A model generated the notes under the pieces. It did not search any database. It saw only the letters and a program-made list of their open reading frames with translations, and had not been told where the DNA came from. Both the position numbers and the translations under genes were made by a program. Of a stretch of DNA of 64,000 nt, positions 11,846 through 23,189 are shown piece by piece (within the stretch, counting starts at the first letter, position 1; each line of letters begins with the position of its first letter). This DNA is from the human T2T-CHM13v2.0 reference genome, Homo sapiens. Where the stretch lies: the NCBI RefSeq assembly GCF_009914755.1, contig NC_060944.1. One strand, 5' to 3'.

Positions 11846-11926
11846 ACCTCCTCCCGTGAATCACAAATGTCCTTAATAGCAATCCTTAAATGCCATTAAG
11901 GACATTTGTGATTGATGGGAGGAGGT
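11846..11926. ncRNA. MIR4477: MIR4477-type hairpin
   Basis: Long stem-loop; + strand attaaggacatttgtgattgat (11895-11916) and - strand ctattaaggacatttgtgattc (11858-11879) match my recollection of mature miR-4477b and miR-4477a. Confidence 0.8.
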
Positions 11927-12663
11927 TGAAATATTAACATTAACAGGAGTTTGGAAGAAGTTGATTCCAGCCCTCATGGATGACTTTGAGGGCTCAGGAT
12001 GTCAGTGGAGGAAGTCCTTGCAGACGTGGTAGAAATCGCAAGACAACTAGAATTAGAATTAGGGCCTTAAGGTGAGATGAAATTGCTGTAAACTCATGAT
12101 GAAACTTGAACAAATAGGGAGTTGCTTCTTGTGGACGAGCAAAGAAAATATTTTCTTGAGATGGAATCTAATCCAGGTGGAGATGCTATAAACATTGTTG
12201 AAATGACAACAAAGGATTTAGAATATTCCATAAACCTAGTTGATAAAGCAGCAGCAGGGTTTGAGAGGGTTTACTCCAATTTTGAAAGAAGTTCTGCTGT
12301 TGATAAAATGCTGTCAAACAGCATCACATGCTACAGGGAAATCTTTTGTGAAAGGAACAAACTTCATTGTTTTAAGAAATTGACACAGGCACCCAACCTT
12401 CGGCATCCCCCACACTGATTAGCCAGCAGTCATCAATATATAGGCAAGACCCTCACCAACAAAAAGATTATGACTTGGTGAGGCTCAGATATTCATTAGC
12501 ATTTTTTAGCACTGATGTATTTTAACTTAAGGTATGTACACAGTTTTTTAGACGTGCTATTAATTACTAATTAATAATTATTAAATACTCATTAGACTAC
12601 AATATAGTTTAAGCATAACTTTTATAAGCACTGGGAAACAAAATGTTTATGCAACTAACTTGA

Positions 12664-12887
12664 TTGTAACATTTGCCTTATTGCAGTAGTCTGGAACCAA
12701 ACCCACCCTATCTCTGAGGTGTGCTTGTAGGTTTTTGGTTGTAACATTTGCCTTATTGCAGTGGTCTGGAACCAAACCCACACTATCTCTGAGGTGTGCT
12801 TGTAGGTTTTTGGTTGTAACATTTGCTTTATTGCAGTTTTCTGGAACCAAACCCACAATACCTCTGAGTATGCTTGTAGGTTTTTGG
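12664..12887 (+). repeat. 3 x 75-bp tandem repeat of the Tigger1 3' terminus
   Basis: Units start at 12664, 12739 and 12814; 25-aa periodicity in the ORF track. Confidence 0.93.
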
Positions 12888-12892
12888 TGGTT

Positions 12893-13185
12893 CTTTGTTT
12901 GGAGATGGGGTTTCGCTCTGTCACCCAGGCCAGAGTGCAGTGGCATGATGATAGCTCACTGCAGCCTCAAACTGCTGGGTCAAGTGATTTTTCTACCACA
13001 GCCTCCTGAGTGGCTGGGACTACAGGCATGCAGCACTATGCTTGGCTATTTTTTTTAATTTTTTTTTGTAGAGACGGGATCTCACTATGTAGCCCAGCTG
13101 GTCTTGAACTCCGGGACTGAAGCAATCCAGCCACTTCAGCCTCCAAAAGTGCAGCCATTACAGGCTTGAGCCACTGCACCCAGCT
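12893..13185 (-). mobile_element. Alu (old, J-like)
   Basis: Antisense Alu dimer. Confidence 0.9.
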
Positions 13186-13210
13186 TGTCTGCAGTTCTTA
13201 AAACAAAAAC

Positions 13211-13521
<311 letters not shown>

Positions 13522-15384
13522 TTAAAATTAAGATAGATTTTTACAAATGTATATATCTACCATTACAGTATCATACAGAATGGTTTTACTGCCGTGAAGA
13601 TTCTCTGTGCTCTGTGTATCATCTCTTCCTTCCCCTTGGTCCATGGCAACCACTGATCTTTCTACTGTTCCCATAGTTTCACCGTTTCCAGAACGTCATA
13701 TAATTGGAATCGAACAGTACGTAGACTTTTCGGATTGGCTTCTTCTTTTAGCAATATGCATTTAAGTTTCCTCCATGTATTTTTTTGTGGCTTGATAGAT
13801 CATCTCCTGTTAGCGGTGAATAATATCTCATTGCCATTATACTTTTGTCAAGACTCAGAAAGTACAATGTGAAGAGTAAATAAGTATGAATGTGCACTGT
13901 AAACTTTGAGTGATACTGAAGGGTCAAGATAGGTTCCTGGTTGTCACAGGTGTGCTCCTGTGAGGCAGGAAGCTGTAGTGGGGAGGCTGTGTGTGGGGAA
14001 AGGGACATATGAGAAGTCTGTACACTCTGCTCCATTTAGCTGTGAACCTGCACTTCTCTAAAAAATAAAATTAGTTAAAATTAAGAGCAAAAAATTAGAA
14101 AAATTAAAACATTACAATGTGTCATATAGTTTTCAAATCACAAGATAGAAAAATACATAATAAAAGAAACTATAGAAAACAACAAGGATAGGAATAAAAA
14201 ACATCAGTGATAGAAGGCAGAAGACAGAAACGTGGAGCCAAACACATTAATTTATTTTAATCATTAGTTATACTCATTTATATTAATTTATATTGATTTA
14301 ACATATTAATTTTGACTAAATGGCATTAAAGGAGTTTTGAGGAATTTGCATGTCACATTCTGGATGAGAGAACTCAATAATATTAACTCTTTAGTTTGCT
14401 GTAAATCATTTAAAAATATGCTCAAATTCCAATAAAAATTCCAAGAAAAATATTTTCGAAGAAGAAAATGTTATTTTAAATCCACATATTGAACACACAT
14501 GAGAGCCAATTTTATAAAATTTACTATAAGATATTTAAGATTGTTATTAGTATTCAAAATTAAACAAATTTGAAATGGCACAAAAATAAACACATTAATG
14601 AAAGAGAATCAAAAACACAGAAATTGAGTGTAATTTTATCTAGTAACAGGGTAATAATTTAAACCCACAAAACAGAGCGATTTTTGCATTTATGATGTTA
14701 AAATATTGGGTAATGATTTGAGAATATAAAATGATAGAATTGAATCCTGGTCCCACAACTTACATAAAAGTTAATTCCAGTATTAAATGTAAAAAAAAAA
14801 AAAAAAAGAGAGAAAATAAAATTAGATGTACCTGTGTTTTATGACCTTGAGAATGAATGAATGTCTTCTAAAATCAAAACTGCAAACAGAAACTATATAA
14901 AAAGGGATAAACCTAACGTACCTAGAACGTAAATTCTTACACATTTCAACACCAAGTAAATAGCACAAAACAAACTGGGGAAATTTTTACAACAATTATA
15001 TTAGATGAAAGTTAAAATCCTTATGACATATACAATGTATAAAACAGTATTATTACCACTATTATTAATACCATTATGATTACCTGGTCTTCCCACGCAC
15101 CAGTCCTCTTCTGGTGCCCTGTGGTGAAACAGAGCCCTTCCTCTCTGGCCACAGTGAGGGATCCAGCAGGAACCCTGCCTAAGCCCTCAGAGGGTGTGAG
15201 CCAAGCCAGGACATCACATTCCCTCCTGCAATGATGCAGATACCCACTCACGACAGAGATTTGGTAACTCTCTGGAAAAGCTGTGTAACAATTATTGCAG
15301 AAACTTGTTTCTTATGTTCCCAGACACATGGAGAAAGCTGGTCTGGAAGACTGATGTCCACATGCTAAGAGAAGCAGTCACTCA

Positions 15385-17822
15385 TAACACACACTGCACA
15401 CACCACACCATGTGCACACGCACACACACCCCACACACAGACACCACATAAACAGCACACACACCATGTGCACACGTGAAGGGGTGGCCTGCCCCTCCAC
15501 ACTTGTGGGCGTTTCTCGTTGGGTGTAACAAGAGACTTTAGAAAAGAGACACAGACACAAAGTATAGAGAAAGAAAAATGGGCCCAGGGGAACGGCGCTC
15601 AGCATACGGAGGACCCACGCCGTCACCAGTCTCTCAGTTCCCTTAGTATTTATTGATCATTATCGGACGTTTCTCAGAGAGGGGGATGTGGCAGGACAAT
15701 AGGGTAATAGCGGAGAGAAGGTCAGCAGGAAAACATATGAACAAATGTCTCTGCATCATAAACAAGGTAAAGAAAAAACTGCTGTGCTTTTGACGTTCAT
15801 ATACATAAATCTCTCAATGCCTTAAAGAGCAGTATTGTTGCCAGCATGTCCCACCTCCAGCCCTAAGGCATTTTTCCCCTATCTCAGTAGATGAAATATA
15901 CAACTGGGCTTTACACCAAGACATTCCATTGCCCAGGGACTAGCAGGAGACAGATGCCTTCCTCTTATCTCAACTGCAAAGAGGCCTTCCTCTTTTACTA
16001 ATCCTCCCCAGCACAGACCCTTTATCGGTGTCAGGCTGGGGGATGGTCAGGTCTTTCCCTTCCCATGAGACCATATTTCAGACTATTGCATGGGGAGAAA
16101 CCTTGGACAATACCTGGCTTTCCTAGGCAGAGGTCCCTGTGGCCTTCCGCAGTGTTTTGTGTCTCTGGGTACTTGAGAGTAGGGAGTAATGATGACTCTT
16201 AACAAGCATGCTGCCTTCAAGCATTTGTTTAACAAAGCACACCCTGCACAGCCCTTAATCCATTTAACCTTGACTTGACACAGCACATGTTTCTGTGAGC
16301 ACAGGGTTAGGGGTAGGGTTACAGATTAACAGCCTCTCAAGGCAGAAGAATTTTTCTTAGTACAGAACAAAATGGAGTCTCTTATGTCTACTTCTTTCTA
16401 CATAGACACAGTAACAGTCTGATCTCTTTCTTTTCCCCACACACACATATACACACCCCACACACAGACACCGCACACACTGCATACACACCCCAGACAC
16501 CACACCCACTGCACACACACAACCCAGACACCATACACACTGCACATACCTCATGAGCACATGCGCACACATCACAGACACCACACACTGCACACACACC
16601 ATGTGCACACACACCACACACATTGCACACACACCATGTGCACAAACACACCACACACACACTGCACACACACCATGTGCACGCATACACACCCCACACT
16701 GCACACACACACCAGGTGCACACGCACACACCCCAGACACCAAACACCACACACACCACACCATGTGCACACACACCCCACACACAGACACCACACACTG
16801 CCCACACATCCCACCACACTGCACATGCCACACCATGTGTACATGCACACACCACACACACCGTGTACACAAACACACATGCCCCACACATACACCAGAC
16901 ACCACACACACTGCACACAGCACACCATGCATACACGCACACACCCCCCCACACACCACACATACTGCACACACACCATGTACACACGCACACCCCACAC
17001 AGACATCACACACTGCACACACACCCCCACACATCACACACACCACACACCACGTGCACATGCATACACACCACAGACACCACACATTGCACACACACCA
17101 TGTGCACACGCACACACCCCACCACACACACATACACTGCACACAGAACAGGTGCACACACGCACACCCCTGATACACCACACACACACCATGTGCACAC
17201 ACACACCCCAGACACCACACACACTGCACACACACCATGTGCACACGCACACACATCCCCACACCACACACTGCACAATGTGCACACACGCATACACCCC
17301 ACACACTGCACACACTACACCACACACACGAATCTACTACACACACAACATACACATACAGCACCACACACAACCCATACTCCCCACACACATCAAACAC
17401 ACGCCCCACACATACTCTCCACACACTGCACACGTATATATAGCACCACACACACAGAGCACACACATCACATACACACACCAAACATACTGTGCACACA
17501 CCACACAATCTACACTCATCACACATCAAACATTACACACAGTACACACACACCCAGCACCATACACAAACACATCACATAAACCACAAACTGCACACAC
17601 ATATATCACACGCACACCACACCCACATACACCACAAACACAGCACATATACACACCATGCACCACCCACAAACTACACACAGTATACACACATAACACC
17701 CACAATACACACTACACACACATATACACACCCCATGAACCTACTACACACACAGACCACATACACACACCATACATACACATCACACACATACACCTGC
17801 ACACACCTCACAGCATACATAC
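15385..17822. repeat. CA-rich degenerate minisatellite, interrupted by LTR5
   Basis: Recurring ~50-bp motif cacagacaccacacactgcacacacaccatgtgcacac; source of the spurious H/T- and C/V-rich ORFs. Confidence 0.92.
15477..16441 (-). mobile_element. HERV-K(HML-2) LTR5-family solo LTR (~965 bp, LTR5A/B-like)
   Basis: Minus strand starts tgtggggaaaagaaagagatcagactgttactgtgtctatgtagaaag and ends gcaggccaccccttca; 6-bp TSD cacacg/cacaca. Confidence 0.93.
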
Positions 17823-19388
17823 AATCCTCACTTTTAGAAATTAATTTGGCTTTTAAGGGGCCTGGATAGTAAAGTATTTTATTGGCATTTGAATGAACCA
17901 AGAAAATGCATATAAATACACATGCGTAAATATAAGGGCAAAAGTAGTACTTTTGAAATGACAACATTAGATTAAACCATATACATTTTTTGATGTTTTT
18001 AAAAAATCGAGTCTTTCTCATCTTACGATAAATTATTTACAGAGTAAATAAGCTTCTTACTGAGGTCAAAAGACTTTCTGGAAAAACTTCTCCTTGATGA
18101 AATTGTACTTAAAACATCACTTCCATCATGAAGTATTTAAGATGGTCTTGGGCGTTTTCCTGTTATGTGGAATCGTCAATTCAAATTTTAAAAGTGACTT
18201 TGAGATGTTTTTCATCTATTATTTTAAAAACGTTGAAGGCGTTTTCAATTCTGCGTTCAACCGAGATCAACATACCTCTGATTATGATGTAAAACTGAAA
18301 ACGTTACTCTGACAGTCTTTCTTTTCTGCAGCGCAGCTACCATCATTATTAATAAGGATTGAATGCTTTTACTCCATGCGCAATCTGTATTCCCTGCTTT
18401 ATAAAGAATAGAAATCTAATTCTCACTATGAAGGCAGATAAAAGTAATCCTTTCAACCTATAGATGAATCATTTACCAAAGCACTCAGACTTTAAATAGC
18501 ATTTATCAAATGTGTCTATATTTCTACGCAGATTCATAGAAAGAACATGTAGTTTAAATCATTGCACATTTTATGCTTTTAATGAGTTGTGATGTTCATT
18601 AGTATTTTTATCACATTTCCCCAAAGGTAGGCTAATTATTGTTATTATTTTCAGCTAGAAATATAAAATGAATTTTCTATTTTTGAAGACTTTGAAACAT
18701 AATCCTTGGAATATAATATCTGTGTATAATATCTGTGGAAAGCATGAAAGTAACATTCAAACAGTATGCATTTTTTCCAGAATGAAAATTTCCTCTACAA
18801 TAACATTCATCATTTTTTCCTGATGGGCACATAAAAGTAAACATTTCTAACATTGCTGGACGTTATTTACATTAAACTTGCCTCAGATTCAGGTGTTGCA
18901 GAAAGTGGACAAGAGGCAACAAGGTACACAATACACACACACACACACACACACACACAAAACTTGTATTATTATACTTACCTAAGTGTCTAAAGAGGTG
19001 GATAAATGTATTAGATTGCTCCAGAACAAGGATTTTTATGGGGCCTATTGGAAAGTATGACTGCAGTTTGAGTGAGATGCCTGTAAGAGATTCAATTTTG
19101 CCACTAATAGAGTATCCAATTTTAAAAATACTGACAGAAGGGTCATGAGACAGAAATTTTCACCTAGATCTATTGGAAATATGCTACTAGATTCTGTAGT
19201 AAAAAGACTGGTGTGGTAATTGTAAAACACATCTGATATCTAAATCTTTGTTCGTTTTTTACCTGAAATCCTTATGGGGGTGACTGTGTATATCAATTTG
19301 AATCTTCCCATCAACAAGATAAATACATACATAAATAAACAGCCAGGCTGCTTGTATAAATTAGTTCACCTTTTCTATATTTTGAGGG

Positions 19389-19728
19389 CAGTGCTTCTCC
19401 TTTGACAGCCACAAGATTCACCCAGGGATCCCTTAAAATGCAAAACCATAGACCACACTTTGACTAGCTTGGATAAGGGGCCAGAGCATTGAAATGAGTG
19501 TGTAGGTGACTGTGCTGAGATTCTCCTGCTCATTTGGGCACTGGCTCACCAAATAAACAAAGCTTAGGACCTCTAGTCCTTGCTGGAAATGAAATACACA
19601 TACATGTGATGTGACTGTGCATATGGAATATCTGTTGTGTTCTGGACATTGTGCTAGACAACAGAGATAAGAAGTCAAATAATCCCTTGTCTCTATCTGA
19701 AAAGAGCTTCCTACACACTGGCTTCTGA
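19389..19728. repeat. Left arm of a diverged ~335-bp inverted repeat
   Basis: Reverse complement aligns with 21239-21570 (agcttaggacct/aggtcctaagct, gtgactgtgcatatggaa/ttccatatgcacagtcac, agaccacactttgactagct/agctagtcaaagtgtggtct). Confidence 0.9.
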
Positions 19729-19954
19729 GGTCTTTGAAACTAGATTCACTTTCAGATTTGATTATTATATTTATGATTTGATATTTTCATTGAACCCCAT
19801 GATATGATAAAGTTTTCCAGAACCTGCTAGAATAATTGACTTTCCTCTCAGCATTATGAAGCCACTGGGGCACATAAGTAGTTCATTTATGTTTCTATTT
19901 AACCAGACAGGAAAAACTTGAGCTACTTTTCTAGCCACTTTTGTTTAGAGCTGT

Positions 19955-20234
19955 TTTTGTTTGTTATTTTTGTTTGTTTTTGAGACGGGTCCCACTCTGT
20001 CACCTAGGCTGAAATGCAGTGGCATTATCAGAGCTCACTGCAGCCTCTACCTTCTGGCCTCAAGCAATCCTCTCACCTCAGCCTCCTGAAAAGCTGGGAC
20101 CCACAGGCTCATACCACCATACCCTCCTAATTAAAACTTTTTTTTTTTTTTGTAGAGATGGTTTTTCCATGTTTCTTAGACTTTTCTCCAACTCTTGAAC
20201 TTAAGCAATCTGCTTGCCTCAGCCTCCTAAATTG
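19955..20234 (-). mobile_element. Alu (old)
   Basis: Antisense Alu flanked by tagagctgt direct repeats. Confidence 0.88.
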
Positions 20235-20634
20235 TAGAGCTGTGTTTTCAGTCTTTTTTTGAGCTGTTTTGCAATCCAGTTTTGAATTGGTAAGTTTAGA
20301 TTCATTCTGACATTTACAGATTTTACATCCTACTTCATAAGATGCCCATAGCCTTAATCCATTACAGCCGCTGCCTCATCCATCTCTGCTTATAGCCTTG
20401 ATCTATTACAGTAGCCACCTCGTCCATCTCTGCTCATAGCCTAAACTAATAGAAGCCAGAGGGAAGAAATGGACGTGAGATCAGAACACACATTTTATAA
20501 GAGTATAAGAAATTTAAATATGGCAAAGTATATCATGAAGTTTGTAAAAGATGTGCATGGCTAAAATTTATTCTTAATCAATATATTCTATAAATTGGGA
20601 GAAAATATTAAACACATGAAAAATAAGGAACTTG

Positions 20635-20930
20635 GGCTGGGTGCGGTGGCTCATGCCTGTAATCCCAGCACTTTGGGAGGCCGAGGCTTGCGGATCACAA
20701 GGTCAGGAGATCAAGACCATCCTGGATAACATGGTGAAACCCCGTCTCTACTAAAAACACAAAAAAATTAGCCAGGGGTGGTGGTGGGTGCCTGTAGTCC
20801 CAGTTACTCGGAAGGCTGAGGCGGGAGAATGTCGTGAACACGGGAGGCAGAGCTTTCAGGGAACCGAGATCGCGCCACTGCACTCCAGTCTGGGGACAGA
20901 GCGAGACTCCGTCGCAAAAAAATAAGAAAA
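20635..20930 (+). mobile_element. Alu (Y/Sc-like)
   Basis: CpG-rich Alu; TSD aaaa(a/g)taaggaactt. Confidence 0.95.
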
Positions 20931-21238
20931 AAAGTAAGGAACTTTCATCATTAATATATAACTAATATGACAAGAATGTGGTTTATGTTTTTATTTTTGC
21001 AAGATTTAGGAACATTTAGTGGAAGGAGGAAGAATTTATAATCATGGAGAGCGTGTATGATACTGGAGGGAGGCTTCTGACAATGGGGAAATGGCATCAC
21101 GAGGTATGCTATGGTCATAGCTATGTGGGAGCGCAGCTAGCTATGGTCTCCCCCATCAAACCCACTGGGCAGTGTTCAGTTACCAACATTGAGATAGAGC
21201 TCACCCACCCAGGACAGAAGAGAAAATATACACTGCAG

Positions 21239-21570
21239 TCAGAAGCCACTGTGTAGGAAGCTCCTTTCAGAAAGAGGCAAGGGATATTTGACTTTTTATG
21301 TCTAGTGTCCAGTACAATGTCGAGAACACAACAGACATTCCATATGCACAGTCACATCCTATGTATCTGTATTTCTTTTCCAGCAGGGACTGGAGGTCCT
21401 AAGCTTCGTTAATATGGTGAGCCAGTGCCCACATGAACAGTAGGATCTTAGCACTGTCACCTGGACGTCCATTTAAATGCTCTTGTCTTAGCTAGTCAAA
21501 GTGTGGTCTACGAGTTTGCATTTTAATAAGATTCCAGGGTGAATCTTGTGCATGTTATAGGGAAGCACTG
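21239..21570. repeat. Right arm of the inverted repeat, ending in a MER5-like terminus
   Basis: Inverse of 19389-19728; ends ttgcattttaataagattccagggtgaatc...gaagcactg. Confidence 0.88.
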
Positions 21571-22290
21571 TCCTACATCATATGTGACAGGCTCTCATAG
21601 TCACCATCATCACAGGAATCTTGCACACGTTACAGGGAAGCACTGTCCTACATCACATGTGACAGGCTCTCATAGTCACCATCATCACGGGAATCTTGGG
21701 CATGTTACAGGGAAGCACTGTCCTACATCATATGTGACAGGCTGTCATAGTCACCATCATCATGGGAATCTTGCACACGTTACAGGGAAGCACTGTCATA
21801 CATCATATATGACAGGCTGTCATAGTCACCATCATCACGGGAATCTTGTGCATGTTACAGGGAAGCACTGTTCTACATAGTATCTGACAGGCTCTCATAC
21901 TCACCATCATCACGGGAATCTTGCACACATTACAGGGAAGCACTGTCCTACATCATATGTGACAGGCTGTCATAGTCACCATCATCACGGGAATCTTGCA
22001 CACGTTACAGGGAAGCACTGTCCTACATCATATGTGACAGGCTGTCATAGTCACCATCATCACGGGAATCCTGTGCATGTTACAGGGAAGCACTGTCCAA
22101 CATCATATGTGACAGGCTGTCATAGTCACCATCATCACGGGAATCTTGTGCATGTTACAGGGAAGCACTGTTCTACATAGTATCTGACAGGGTCTCATAG
22201 TCACCATCATCACGGGAATCTTGCACACGTTACAGGGAAGCACTGTCCTACATCATGTGACAGGCTCTCATAGTCACCATCACCAGGGGA
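21541..22290 (+). repeat. 10 x 75-bp tandem array (VNTR-like)
   Basis: gaatcttgcacacgttacagggaagcactgtcctacatcatatgtgacaggctgtcatagtcaccatcatcacgg recurs about every 75 bp from 21541 to ~22216. Confidence 0.97.
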
Positions 22291-23189
22291 AGCTGCATTT
22301 AGAGCATTTAACTACATGGGCTCTGAAATCAGGTAACTTAGGTTTAGACTTACTTCTACTTCTTACTAAGCAGAGAACTCTGGGGTGAAAACTTTACGAG
22401 ATCCAGTTTTATCATGTCCAAATTGGAGGCATGGTGAAATTATAGCATTTTGCATAGAATATTGTTTTAAGTATAAAATGAAATAGTACATAATAAGTTT
22501 CTGTCATACACTGACTGCACAATAAATATTAGTTAATAGTAACTCATTTAATCCTAAGGTCTATAAATTTGTGCACAATAATTTTTGGTGACTACCCAAA
22601 TTTTCATAATTAGTCTAGATTTAAAATCAAGGAATGTTCTTACGTGTAGTTGGCAATCAATATGACATGTCAAAATTATATGTAAGTATTTTATTGATGG
22701 TGGGGATATAATAAATTTACTATCAAAAGAGAGACAGTAATCTATGTTTGCAGACTCCAGAAAGCTGTCTCTCACATAAGAATTTGCAATTTCTGGGGGA
22801 AAAGAAAAAGTTGATTGTGCAAAGAAACATTACCATGGAGTCTTCTCTATGGCAACATCAAAAATGAAAGCTGATTCTCATCTTCCTAACAATCTACAAA
22901 GATGAGAGAAACACAACCTACTGAGCATCAAGTTAAAGAAGGAGAGAATTTGAGTGGCACAGGAGGAAATCATGTCACCGCTAGCGAAATCAATATGACC
23001 AATGCTCCTCTGCCCTCCTCCGAGGCTAAGGATAGGTTAAATATCAGTGGCTGACCTCAGGTAATGGAATGAGCAAAAAAGCTATAAAAATCCATGCATT
23101 ACATAATTAAGAGGGTGGGAAGGGATTTTTTTAAAAAGGCAATTCCTACTTGGTTTCCTTCCTGTTCACCCCATTGGCAAAGAAGCTAG

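Larger units (their letters stand above)
10833..12878 (+). mobile_element. Tigger1 DNA transposon, internally deleted and Alu-interrupted
   Basis: gctagaaatgatcaagcttagtga and [30 protein letters not shown] transposase C-terminus; 3' terminus ...ctctgaggtgtgcttgta. Confidence 0.92.

Noticed and set aside
16357-17869. Long ORFs of 200-427 aa rich in H/T or C/V
   Set aside because: Translations of the CA/TG low-complexity satellite, which has few stop codons
21541-22290. CRISPR-like appearance of the regular array
   Set aside because: Units are head-to-tail copies without unique spacers; primate DNA with no cas genes
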